Assembly: GCA_963667785.2 (NCBI GenBank)
Contig: CAXXMU010000006.1
Coordinates: 1,120,001-1,184,000, forward strand
Length of the DNA: 64,000 nucleotides
DNA from: Alphaproteobacteria bacterium
GTDB lineage: Bacteria > Pseudomonadota > Alphaproteobacteria > UBA828
Direction: 5' to 3'
Both the position numbers and the translations under genes were made by a program. Numbering within the stretch: position 1 is the first letter of the stretch; every line of letters starts with the position of its first letter. The notes below the pieces were generated by a model. It searched no databases, was not told the origin of the DNA, and worked only from the letters and a program-made list of their open reading frames with translations. Below, piece by piece: positions 19,381-28,499 of this stretch.

Positions 19381-20141
19381 ACTGTAGCAAATCGAGAAGC
19401 GGCCGCAATCCGCAGCGTCTGCGATATGTTTATGGCCTCGGCCAGAACTGTAGCAAATCGAGAAGCGGCCGCAATCCGCAGCGCCTCCACAGCAAGGACG
19501 GCCTCGTACTTCACTGTAGCAAATCGAGAAGCGGCCGCAATCCGCAGCTTGTCGGAGGCCTCGCCGAAGGGCCAGCCGACTGTAGCAAATCGAGAAGCGG
19601 CCGCAATCCGCAGCATGTGCGGTTGGTTGACATGGATTTTGCACACTGTAGCAAATCGAGAAGCGGCCGCAATCCGCAGCTGGTTCGGACGGCAAGGCAC
19701 TTGCGCCGCGACTGTAGCAAATCGAGAAGCGGCCGCAATCCGCAGCGCTGGCGTATGGGGAGAGGCATGAGCGATTACTGTAGCAAATCGAGAAGCGGCC
19801 GCAATCCGCAGCCGTGCACCTCGCACTCTACACCTTCCGTCGACTGTAGCAAATCGAGAAGCGGCCGCAATCCGCAGCGCGATGCTCTATCCAAACGTGA
19901 TAATGCGGACTGTAGCAAATCGAGAAGCGGCCGCAATCCGCAGCAAGGTGGCCGGAACGGTTATCGGGATATCGACTGTAGCAAATCGAGAAGCGGCCGC
20001 AATCCGCAGCCGCTGACGGTCAACCTTGCTCACCGTGTCCACTGTAGCAAATCGAGAAGCGGCCGCAATCCGCAGCGCCCTCAGCGCCAGCAGGGTGTCC
20101 GCCGAACTGTAGCAAATCGAGAAGCGGCGCGCAGTTAGCGC
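19381..20141 (-). CRISPR. type II-C array: 11 perfect 36-bp repeats, 1 degenerate terminal repeat, 11 spacers (ten 30 bp, one 29 bp)
   Basis: Plus-strand repeat ACTGTAGCAAATCGAGAAGCGGCCGCAATCCGCAGC with 66-bp period; orientation from tracrRNA complementarity. Confidence 0.97.
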
Positions 20142-20351
20142 AGCGCGCTGCGGCGCTCGGGCACGATCCTCTCGACTATCGAACGGTTCCTGAACCCATA
20201 TCTACAACTGAGAGCCGGGGGGGGGGGGGGCAGCGGCGCTCACTCCCCCCGGTCGAGATCGGTTACAGCCATCGGCCGCACCCATTCCCCCCTTGCCGCG
20301 CCGGTGCCGCGTGGATAGCCTATTGCCCCCTTGGCAACCAAGCAACGGCCC

Positions 20352-20540
20352 ATGCCCGATACCGACAAGGTGCTGTGCGTCCAGGTGTTTGGCCTGATCG
20401 AGATGGAGCCCGGCAAGCACGCCTTCGGCTTCGCCCGCACCTACGCGATGCCGCCCCAGGTCTCGCCGCTCGACGTCGACGAGGCGCTGCTGCGCCTGGG
20501 CGCGGTCAAGATCGAGAAGCTCCCGATCGAATGGGAATGA
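20352..20540 (+). CDS. small hypothetical protein
   Basis: Good codon usage, MPDTDKVLCVQVFG... Confidence 0.55.
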   Translation: MPDTDKVLCVQVFGLIEMEPGKHAFGFARTYAMPPQVSPLDVDEALLRLGAVKIEKLPIEWE

Positions 20541-20551
20541 GAGGACTCACC

Positions 20552-21517
20552 ATGAAGCGCACCGTCATCGCCCTTGCCGTTGCCGCTCTGCTGCCGCTCG
20601 CCGCGTGCGGGGGCGGCGGAGGGGGGGGGGCGCCGACCGGCCCCTCTCCCAGCGATATCCGGGAGCTCACCGGCCTGGCCGCGCCGGCCGAGAAAGCCGC
20701 CCAGCAGAACGCCCGCGCGGACGGCATCACCGACCGCACCACCTTCCTTCAGCTCTCCCCGCTCTACGGGAACTCGACCCACCCCGACCTCCCCGCATAC
20801 GACACGCAAACGAGGTCGTGCGGCTGGATCGAGGGCTACGGCCACTATTGCGAAGCTCTTGTTTCCGACGAAGTCGCCGACATCATTGCTCTCACTTCTC
20901 TGGAGGTACAGATTTCGGACATCGGCTTCCAGACGATCGAGGGTGGCCCCGGGTTCGAGATCACCAGGAACGACGCCGAGGCCGTCGGCACCAGCAACGG
21001 CATTACCCTGGTGAAGAGCGTCGTGGAGGCAAAGGTCGAGGAAGGCGTCACCGACGGCACCAGCTACGGCGCCTGGATGGAGCACAGCGCCTTCGGCGTG
21101 CTGACGATCGGCATTCCTGACGAGGGTATCTTCCTGTCCGGCCGCTACGCAATCGCCGGCGGGGCGCGCAACAACGACGCGCCGACGGTCGACGCGACCT
21201 GGCGCGGCGTCATGGTCGGGACTCCGACGACCGGCGCCCACCGCGGCGACCTGCTGCAGGGAGACGCGACCCTGCGCTACGACCAGGCCTCGCTCTCCGC
21301 CACCTTCACCAACATCAAGGACCTCGATCATCTGATCGCGCACTCGGTCGAGACGGTGCGCTTCGATAACATCCCCTTCTACGAGAACGGAACCTACTGG
21401 ACCGGCGAGGAGCACGACTTCATCTCGGGCGCCTTCTACGGCCCCGATCAGGTCGAGACCGCCGGCATCTTCGAGAAGTCCGGCATCGTCGGTGCCTTCG
21501 GTGCCAAGCGCCAGTGA
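20552..21517 (+). CDS. TbpB-like surface lipoprotein (copy A)
   Basis: Lipobox LAAC, Gly linker, ATWRGVMVG, GAFYGP..ETAGIF..IVGAFGAKRQ. Confidence 0.8.
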   Translation: MKRTVIALAVAALLPLAACGGGGGGGAPTGPSPSDIRELTGLAAPAEKAAQQNARADGITDRTTFLQLSPLYGNSTHPDLPAYDTQTRSCGWIEGYGHYCEALVSDEVADIIALTSLEVQISDIGFQTIEGGPGFEITRNDAEAVGTSNGITLVKSVVEAKVEEGVTDGTSYGAWMEHSAFGVLTIGIPDEGIFLSGRYAIAGGARNNDAPTVDATWRGVMVGTPTTGAHRGDLLQGDATLRYDQASLSATFTNIKDLDHLIAHSVETVRFDNIPFYENGTYWTGEEHDFISGAFYGPDQVETAGIFEKSGIVGAFGAKRQ

Positions 21518-21689
21518 ACGTGACCAGCTTGCCCCCTGCCGGATACGGCACACCGGCAGGACAAGACGGGAGCTCTCCGCGCTTACATCCCTGGGCGCAA
21601 GGCCCATGGGGGCTCCCGCGTTCCTGGGGCCGCCCGCGCAAGCCACCAGTTGGCTCTCCTACCAGTGGCGGTGGGCGGCCCCTTTTCCC
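21518..21689 (+). repeat. structured intergenic element, copy 1
   Basis: Near-identical to 22757-22936; three GC-rich hairpin domains ending in TTTT. Confidence 0.8.
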
Positions 21690-21791
21690 ATGAATGACGT
21701 CGGGCGCTTCACCCTTCTCGTCATGGCGCTGGCCGGCATCGCCGCGGCGGTCGCGCTCGTGCTGCTCGCCGCAATAGGAGGATCGCCGTGA
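21690..21791 (+). CDS. 33-aa single-TM peptide
   Basis: MNDVGRFTLLVMALAGIAAAVALVLLAAIGGSP; GTGA overlap; paralogue at 22937. Confidence 0.55.
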   Translation: MNDVGRFTLLVMALAGIAAAVALVLLAAIGGSP

Positions 21792-22756
21792 TCCGAGTCC
21801 TGACGATGGCTGCCCTTGCCGCTCTGCTGCCGCTCGCCGCGTGCGGCGGGGGAGGGGGAGGATCGGGGCCTGCGCCCGATCCCTCGAGCAGCGATATCCG
21901 GGAGCTCATCGGCATGGCCGCGCCGGCCGAGAAAGCCGCCCAGCAGAACGCCCGCGCGGACGGCATCACCGACCGCACCACCTTCCTTCAGCTCTCCCCG
22001 CTCTACGGGAACTCGACCCACCCCGACCTCCCCGCATACGACACGCAAACGAGGTCGTGCGGCTGGATCGAGGGCTACGGCCACTATTGCGAAGCTCTTG
22101 TTTCCGACGAAGTCGCCGACATCATTGCTCTCACTTCTCTGGAGGTACAGATTTCGGACATCGGCTTCCAGACGATCGAGGGTGGCCCCGGGTTCGAGAT
22201 CACCAGGAACGACGCCGAGGCCGTCGGCACCAGCAACGGCATCACCCTGGTGAAGAGCGTCGTGGAGGCAAAGGTCGAGGAAGGCGTCACCGACGGCACC
22301 AGCTACGGCGCCTGGATGGAGCACGGGGCCTTCGGCGTGCTGACGATCGGCATTCCTGACGAGGGTATCTTCCTGTCCGGCCGCTACGCAATCGCGGGCG
22401 GCGCACGAAACAACGACGCGCCGACGGTCGACGCGACCTGGCGCGGCGTCATGGTCGGCACCCCGGCGACCGGCGCCCACCGCGGCGACCTGCTGCAGGG
22501 CGACGCGACCCTGCGCTACGACCAGACCTCGCTCGACGCGACCTTCGCCAACATCAAGAACCTCGACAGGCTCGCGGCGCACTCGGTCGAGACGGTGCGC
22601 TTCGAGGACATCCCCTTCTACGAGAACGGAACCTACTGGACCGGCGTCGAGCACGACTTCATCTGGGGTGCCTTCTACGGCCCCGACCAGGCCGAGACCG
22701 CCGGCATCTTCGAGCAGTCGAACATCGTCGGCGCGTTCGGTGCCAAGCGCCAGTGA
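21788..22756 (+). CDS. TbpB-like surface lipoprotein (copy B)
   Basis: Near-identical to copy A apart from the N-terminus and scattered C-terminal changes. Confidence 0.8.
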   Translation: MIRVLTMAALAALLPLAACGGGGGGSGPAPDPSSSDIRELIGMAAPAEKAAQQNARADGITDRTTFLQLSPLYGNSTHPDLPAYDTQTRSCGWIEGYGHYCEALVSDEVADIIALTSLEVQISDIGFQTIEGGPGFEITRNDAEAVGTSNGITLVKSVVEAKVEEGVTDGTSYGAWMEHGAFGVLTIGIPDEGIFLSGRYAIAGGARNNDAPTVDATWRGVMVGTPATGAHRGDLLQGDATLRYDQTSLDATFANIKNLDRLAAHSVETVRFEDIPFYENGTYWTGVEHDFIWGAFYGPDQAETAGIFEQSNIVGAFGAKRQ

Positions 22757-22936
22757 ACATGACCAGCTTGCCCCCTGCCGGACTCGGCACACGACATGCC
22801 GGCAGGACAAGACGGGAGCCCTCCGCGCTTACATCCCTGGGCGCAAGGCCCATGGGGGCTCCCGCGTTCCTGGGGCCGCCCGCGCAAGCCACCAGTTGGC
22901 TCTCCTACCAGTGGCGGCGGGCGGCCCCTTTTCCCC
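22757..22936 (+). repeat. structured intergenic element, copy 2
   Basis: See copy 1. Confidence 0.8.
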
Positions 22937-23035
22937 ATGACTAACCTGCAGCAGCGCTTCGTCCTGCTCGTGTTGGGCCTCGCCGGCATCGCCCTGACGC
23001 TCGCGATCGTGCTGCTGCTGCTGGTGGGAGAATGA
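22937..23035 (+). CDS. 32-aa single-TM peptide
   Basis: MTNLQQRFVLLVLGLAGIALTLAIVLLLLVGE. Confidence 0.55.
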   Translation: MTNLQQRFVLLVLGLAGIALTLAIVLLLLVGE

Positions 23036-23238
23036 TGGGAGTCAGCATGTGGTCGGCTCTCCCGGCAATCGTGATCGCAGCGATATGGATTGCGCTGGCC
23101 ATCGCGACGGCAGTGATCGCTGCAAAGAAAGGGCGCAGCGGTTTCCGATGGTTCTTCCTCGGGCTGCTGCTTCCCTTTGCAATCCCATTTGTGCTGGTCG
23201 CCACACTGCATGCTCGTGCCTGTGCCCATTGGCGATGA
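23032..23238 (+). CDS. small two-TM membrane protein
   Basis: IAAKKGRSGFRWFFLGLL motif. Confidence 0.6.
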   Translation: MMGVSMWSALPAIVIAAIWIALAIATAVIAAKKGRSGFRWFFLGLLLPFAIPFVLVATLHARACAHWR

Positions 23239-23261
23239 CGTACGCGAAAGGACGCAAGCCC

Positions 23262-23705
23262 ATGACCCGCCGCTTCGCAGACCTGAAGCCCGGCGCGCGC
23301 TTCGAGAGCGCCGGCAAGACCCTGAGCGAGTCCGAGATCCTCGACTTCGCCCTGCGCTACGACCCGCAGCCGCTGCACATGGACGTCCCGCGCGCGGCCG
23401 AGGGGCCCTATGGCGGGCTGATCGCGAGCGGCATCCACACCCTCGCGATCGCCATCCGCCTCATGATGCAGTCGGGCGCGTTCGACCTCGACGACCAGGT
23501 CGGCTCGCCCGGCATCGAGGAGCTGCGCTGGCTGCAGCCCGTGCGGCCCGGCGACACCCTCCACGTCGTCGGCACGGTGATCGAGGCCCGGCCGTCGAAG
23601 TCCATGCCCGAGTGCGGGATCGTCCGCTACAGCCTCGACGTGCTCAACCAGAAGGGCGAGGTCGTGACGACCCTGATCAGCACGGCCATCATGCGGCGCG
23701 ACTAG
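23262..23705 (+). CDS. MaoC-family dehydratase
   Basis: YDPQPLHMD, GLIASGIHT, LRWLQPVRPGDTL. Confidence 0.9.
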   Translation: MTRRFADLKPGARFESAGKTLSESEILDFALRYDPQPLHMDVPRAAEGPYGGLIASGIHTLAIAIRLMMQSGAFDLDDQVGSPGIEELRWLQPVRPGDTLHVVGTVIEARPSKSMPECGIVRYSLDVLNQKGEVVTTLISTAIMRRD

Positions 23706-23713
23706 GAGGGGGA

Positions 23714-24025
23714 ATGGCCCGGCCCCCGGTCCTGTCGCCCTTCCACAGCCGCACCCAGATGCGGGTGCTCCTCGCCATATTCGAGGAGGGCTCCGCCACC
23801 CATGCCGCGGTCAGCCTGGACGCAAGCCAGCCTCAGGTGTCCAGGGTCCTGGGCGAGGTCGAGGCGCAACTCGGCGTCAGGCTGTTCGAGCGCAGTCGCC
23901 AGGGAATGCGCGCGACGGTGGCGGGAATGCTCGTGGTCAGCCATGCCCGGAAGATCCTGCACGCAATGGACGACGCCGACCGCGAGCTCGACGAGTACCG
24001 CGCGAAACTCGGCGGCGGGAGATGA
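23714..24025 (+). CDS. LysR-type HTH-only protein
   Basis: GSATHAA..SQPQVSR..E..LGVRLFERS; 103 aa, no effector domain. Confidence 0.8.
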   Translation: MARPPVLSPFHSRTQMRVLLAIFEEGSATHAAVSLDASQPQVSRVLGEVEAQLGVRLFERSRQGMRATVAGMLVVSHARKILHAMDDADRELDEYRAKLGGGR

Positions 24026-24032
24026 GGGCGGC

Positions 24033-24287
24033 ATGCCGGGAGACGACTTCAGCAGCGAGAGCGGAGAGACGCACCGCATCGGCCTGACGCAGGTGATCCC
24101 CGCCGAGACCCAGGATGGCCGGAAGGTGGTGGTGCTCCGCCTCGGCCACGCGCCCGTCGAAGGGACGCCCAGGGACGCCACCAGGCAGTTCGAGGTCGTG
24201 CTCTTCGCCGACGAGGCGCTGGCCCTGGCGGACGCGCTGCGAGAGGCGGCCGTGGACCCTGCGGCCGCGCCGACGCGCCGCCGGTAG
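24033..24287 (+). CDS. hypothetical protein
   Basis: ORF MPGDDFSSESGETHRIG with host-like codons. Confidence 0.5.
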   Translation: MPGDDFSSESGETHRIGLTQVIPAETQDGRKVVVLRLGHAPVEGTPRDATRQFEVVLFADEALALADALREAAVDPAAAPTRRR

Positions 24288-24384
24288 CCGGGCCCATGCG
24301 GATGGCGCTCTACCCGGTCCCGCGGGCCTCTGCGTCGATCGCGCATGATTAAGCACGGCGATGAGGCGGCGAGAGGGGAGAAAA

Positions 24385-25305
24385 GTGTCCGACCAATTAC
24401 CCACTGAAACAAGCCTCAAGGCAAAGCTAGGCCTGACGGGACTGGATGCTCGCACGAACTCGCGTGCGATAGCTGCATTTGATCATTTGCTCGCTGATAT
24501 CATTGACGTTCCGCGATCACTCATTCGGGAATGGAAGGAACGCAGAGAGCAGAAGAGACCATTGGAAAATGCTATAGATACTGCCATTAGGCAAGAGCAA
24601 TTGCGGAGGTTGACGAATAGGGTGATTGTAGTCGAGAAGGCCGTGGAATGTCTTGAGGCAACGAAAAGCAATCAGGATGATGACCAGGATGCCCCAGAGG
24701 TTGATTCTGATTGGCTCAATTACATTGGCTCTTATTCGGAAAAGGCTAGCTCAGAGCATGTTCGGGATTTATGGGGCAGAGTGCTGGCAGGTGAAATCCG
24801 TCGTCCCGGCTCGTTTTCACTGAGCACTCTGCGCCTTTTGGCGGAACTAGATCAACAAATAGCTAGCTGGTTTGAAGAGGAAGTTGCGCTTCGTCATAAT
24901 GGAGATTGCATCATTCGATATGAAGGGAGTCTTGAGGGAGACCGACTTACTAGATTGCAATTTCTCGAAGAAGTGGGGCTTATTAGCAGTGCGCTGACGG
25001 TTGCGCCGATTAAGCGGCTTTTCGAATTGGATGACCGGGGATTTGCTGCAATTATGGAAGGAGAGTTGGCGTTGCGTGTATATGCGGATAATGATTTCCA
25101 ATTGGAGATCATACCTCTGACTCGCTCGGGCGAAGAAATATGCAAAATTCTCCCTCCAGTTAATGATGCAAGTGTTCTTTTGAACATAGCGGAGAAGTTG
25201 GACAAATTCGCGACGAAAATGTCAATACACAGGGTTACTATCAAGACAGAGCACGAATTTGCTCATCATAGTACTCCCATTATGGTCATCAAACCTCCGT
25301 CATAG
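24385..25305 (+). CDS. DUF2806-like protein, low GC
   Basis: DSDWL..S.E....LWGRVLAGEIRRPGSFSLSTL. Confidence 0.75.
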   Translation: MSDQLPTETSLKAKLGLTGLDARTNSRAIAAFDHLLADIIDVPRSLIREWKERREQKRPLENAIDTAIRQEQLRRLTNRVIVVEKAVECLEATKSNQDDDQDAPEVDSDWLNYIGSYSEKASSEHVRDLWGRVLAGEIRRPGSFSLSTLRLLAELDQQIASWFEEEVALRHNGDCIIRYEGSLEGDRLTRLQFLEEVGLISSALTVAPIKRLFELDDRGFAAIMEGELALRVYADNDFQLEIIPLTRSGEEICKILPPVNDASVLLNIAEKLDKFATKMSIHRVTIKTEHEFAHHSTPIMVIKPPS

Positions 25306-25384
25306 ACAGGGAAACAGGCCCCTGTCCTTCGTCGGCTCTGACCCTCGGGCGTTCCCGAGCGCCAAGAGGCACCTCACCGCCAAC

Positions 25385-25603
25385 CGTGACAATTCAGCAA
25401 CAACGCGCCCGGAAAACGCACCGGCCGGGCCGTTCCCGACTGTCTGGCGGCGAGCGGGGCGATAGCCTCCCCACAGTGCTCTGCCGAAACGGCAAGCAAC
25501 AATAGGAGGAGAGACGTTATGCGGAAGGTTCTTCTCGGCACGACCGCCTTGGTCGCGGCCGCCGCGTTCGCCGGGATCGGCGTCGCACAGGCCGACGACG
25601 AGG
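25385..25603 (+). repeat. ~220-bp imperfect direct repeat (porin upstream region plus first 28 codons); partner at 28366-28583
   Basis: Shared cgcgcccggaaaacgcaccggcc...gatagcctccccacagtgct...gagacgttATGcggaagg. Confidence 0.9.
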
Positions 25604-25626
25604 CGGCGGGGTGTTCCTTTTCCTGA
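25519..25626 (+). pseudogene. truncated porin (signal peptide only)
   Basis: MRKVLLGTTALVAAAAFAGIGVAQADDEAAGCSFS*. Confidence 0.85.
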
Positions 25627-25683
25627 AGCCCCGCGGTTCGGGCAGGTGGATTGGAGCTTCACCCGTGACCGCGGGTGCCGGCA

Positions 25684-28239
25684 TCACCAGCGCAGGGAAC
25701 CGCGCAGCGTCAGACTGTGCTCGGGGTCATGATAACGGGCGCGCTCGCGCCTTGTGCCTTCGACGCTCAGCCCCGCGTCCGGCTCCAACTGCCAGCGCAT
25801 GCCGGCGCGCCACGATCGCGCGCCTTCCCCGGCGAGCCCAAGCCCCGCATAAGGCGTCACCACCCCGAGCACCGGCGCGGCGGCGAGACCGTAGCCGATC
25901 TCCGCATCCATGCGCCCGGCTGCACGGTAAGCCGGCCACGTTTCCCCCATGACCCCGGTCTCCCACAGCCGTCGGACGCCGCTGGCGGTCCGGCCCCAGG
26001 CCGGCTGCACGCTGAGCGCGAGACCCTCGCCCGTCGCGCTCGGGTCGATCCGCACCAGCCCGCTCACGCCCCACTCCTCGTGGTCGCCGCCGTGCGTCAA
26101 CAGCGTCCGAACCCGGCCCTCGAAGGTCAGTCCGGCCGCTGCGTCCGAATACCGCAGGCCGCCCCCGGCCTCGATACCGTTGCCGGTCTCGCCGTCGCCG
26201 CCGTCATTGCGCAGGCCGATCTTGACCGACGGCGTGAGCGTCCCTCCCGAGGAGAGATTCCGGGCGTGCGATCCCTCCAGCGCCAGCCGCTGACGGCTGA
26301 CGCTCAACGACATGCTCCTGAGGGTCGCCGCGCCATCGACTTCGGCCCGCGTGAAGGCTGCTTCGCCCTTGAGGGCGAGGCGTGTGATACCGCCCTCGAT
26401 CAGCTGATCGCTGGACACCAGGGGCTCGTTCGCGCCCGCCGCGAACATCTGCTGCGTCAGGGCGCTCGCTCCGGTCCCGTTCGCATCCTCGATCTCGATC
26501 TCGCCCGTGCCGGTGCCGACCGCGGCCCACAGGCTCATGCCGCCCGGCGTCTGCCAGCCCATATAGGGGTTGACGCTCGTCACGCTGGTCGTCACCTCAC
26601 CCGTCACCCCGTAAGAGTCGGTGTAGTCCACCGCGCTCGTCGACTGCGCCAGCGTCATGCCTGCCAGCACGTCTGCGCTCAGCCGGGTATCGAACCCGAG
26701 GCTGGCGCTCACCACGCTGCCGTCGTAGTCCACGGTCTCCGAGGTGCCGCCGGAGAAGCTGCGGTAGTCCCCGCTGCCCCAGAGCGTGAGGTTCCCGAAC
26801 AGGCCGCCGCCTCCGCCATCCGCCGCGTTGAGCGCGAGCGTGAAGGACGAGTTCGCGAGCAACCGGGTGAGATCGAAGGTGCCGTCCTCCAGCGCCTGCC
26901 CGTTTGCCATCACCGCATCGGAAAGCGTGGAGGCCCCGCCGAAGCTGAGTTCCGCATCCGCCGCGCTGCCGGAGGCTGCCCGCTCCACGCGGCTGGAGAT
27001 GGCATCGACCGTGCTCGCGGTCATGGCCCGCATGACCTGCGGCAGAACCGACTGGACAACCGTTTTCCGACTCGCGGCGACGACCTCCGGCGAGTTCAGG
27101 TAAAAGCCCGACCCGACGATGAAGTCCAGGTTGAACGCGGTTCCGTCATGCCTCCTGATCGGAACGTTGAACTGGCGGGCGTAGCCTACTTTCGGGACAT
27201 CGGCGCTGTCGCCCGGATCGGTGGGATCGTCGAAGTGATACACCAGGAAGCCCCCTTCCGGGCTGCTTTCCGCCGCTTCGATGACCTGCGGCAGGATGAG
27301 CTTTCCGGTAACGGCGTCCTGGGCCGTCGGCACCAGAGGACGATACTCGTATCTGTCCGGAAAGGCGCCGTGGAACCAGATGACATTGCTGGTGCGTTCC
27401 AATGCGTAGAGGTAAACCGAACCATGTTTCCAGGGCCCGTTCGGATCCCGCAAGGCGATCCTGGCCTTCGATATGGCGGCCGGATCGTTTTTCTCCAGGA
27501 CCGAGAAAAAATACTTTATCGATTCCGTGACGAAAGCCTTCAGGGTCTTCCGGTCCACCACATCCGCGGCGGTAATGGCCGGGTTGCCGAAATCGATCTC
27601 CTCTTCGACCAGGTGAGATTCGTCGATCTCGAACCCGGCGAGCATTATCGGGATCTGCGGGTTGGCCGCATACACGGCAGCATAGCCGGAGGCGCCCGGG
27701 ACATTGGGTACGTTGAACGACCCACCATTTCCGGCCGCGGCGGCGAAGGCGGCAAAAGCCGCAGCAGGGTCGGCAAGGCCGGCCGGATCGATTCCCAATG
27801 CCTGGAGGATCGCGCCGTAAATCGACGGGTCGAGCTTCCTGCCCGACAGCGCCATGGACTTCGCGTGTTCGAATACCCTGCCGTCGGGCGTCAGAAACAC
27901 AAGGTAGGTGGAACCGGAACGCCAGGGGCTTCCTTCCTCCCTGATGCGGCATTGAAGGTATGCCGCTCCTTCAAGAGTCTGGACTTCCTGGCCCAGGCTC
28001 ATATATCGATCCCGCGCGGCCAGAGCGAACTCCGTCAGGCTTGCGCTTCCGTCCTCCACCTGTTGCGCCGTCACGCGCGGAGGCGCGAGCGGAGCCATGC
28101 CGACAGGGAGCGGACAGGCTCCCTCCGCCTGCGCGAGGGCGGGGTTCGTGTTGGAAAAGGCGCCGACCATGACGAACAGACCGGCCACCAGAAGCGAGGA
28201 GATCCCCGCTTTCCATCGCGTGATATTCGTCGTGATCAT
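25684..28239 (-). CDS. autotransporter-barrel protein with Cache-like passenger
   Basis: Signal peptide; two W..GS.YL repeats; C-terminal barrel (LRNDGGDGETG, TPYAGLGL) ending in W. Confidence 0.75.
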   Translation of the reverse strand: MITTNITRWKAGISSLLVAGLFVMVGAFSNTNPALAQAEGACPLPVGMAPLAPPRVTAQQVEDGSASLTEFALAARDRYMSLGQEVQTLEGAAYLQCRIREEGSPWRSGSTYLVFLTPDGRVFEHAKSMALSGRKLDPSIYGAILQALGIDPAGLADPAAAFAAFAAAAGNGGSFNVPNVPGASGYAAVYAANPQIPIMLAGFEIDESHLVEEEIDFGNPAITAADVVDRKTLKAFVTESIKYFFSVLEKNDPAAISKARIALRDPNGPWKHGSVYLYALERTSNVIWFHGAFPDRYEYRPLVPTAQDAVTGKLILPQVIEAAESSPEGGFLVYHFDDPTDPGDSADVPKVGYARQFNVPIRRHDGTAFNLDFIVGSGFYLNSPEVVAASRKTVVQSVLPQVMRAMTASTVDAISSRVERAASGSAADAELSFGGASTLSDAVMANGQALEDGTFDLTRLLANSSFTLALNAADGGGGGLFGNLTLWGSGDYRSFSGGTSETVDYDGSVVSASLGFDTRLSADVLAGMTLAQSTSAVDYTDSYGVTGEVTTSVTSVNPYMGWQTPGGMSLWAAVGTGTGEIEIEDANGTGASALTQQMFAAGANEPLVSSDQLIEGGITRLALKGEAAFTRAEVDGAATLRSMSLSVSRQRLALEGSHARNLSSGGTLTPSVKIGLRNDGGDGETGNGIEAGGGLRYSDAAAGLTFEGRVRTLLTHGGDHEEWGVSGLVRIDPSATGEGLALSVQPAWGRTASGVRRLWETGVMGETWPAYRAAGRMDAEIGYGLAAAPVLGVVTPYAGLGLAGEGARSWRAGMRWQLEPDAGLSVEGTRRERARYHDPEHSLTLRGSLRW

Positions 28240-28499
28240 CGTGAACGCTCCTGATGTGGAACGGGCGCAGGCGATACAGTAGTGCCCGTATCGTCGCGGG
28301 GACAAGACCCTGCCGCAATCCCTTCGTTTCGATGGCGATCATCCCGCCTTTCGCGAAGCGCCCCTTGTGACAATTCCGCCACATCGCGCCCGGAAAACGC
28401 ACCGGCCAAGCCTTTCCCGATTGTCCGGCACCGGGCGCGGCGATAGCCTCCCCACAGTGCTATGCCGAAACGGCAAGCAACAACAAGAGGAGAGACGTT

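Noticed and set aside
19483-19512. Spacer 2 self-targeting the tail-tube paralogue (gcctcgta.ttc near 37027)
   Set aside because: Only about 11 nt match; no convincing protospacer was seen by eye for any spacer (search not exhaustive)
19360-20138. Repetitive ORFs across the CRISPR array
   Set aside because: By-product of the 66-bp period
20552-22756. Duplicated lipoproteins as a DGR template/variable pair
   Set aside because: Differences are not restricted to adenines, both copies are full genes, and no reverse transcriptase is in the window
21518-22936. Repeated intergenic elements as integron attC sites
   Set aside because: No RYYYAAC/GTTRRRY boxes and no integron integrase
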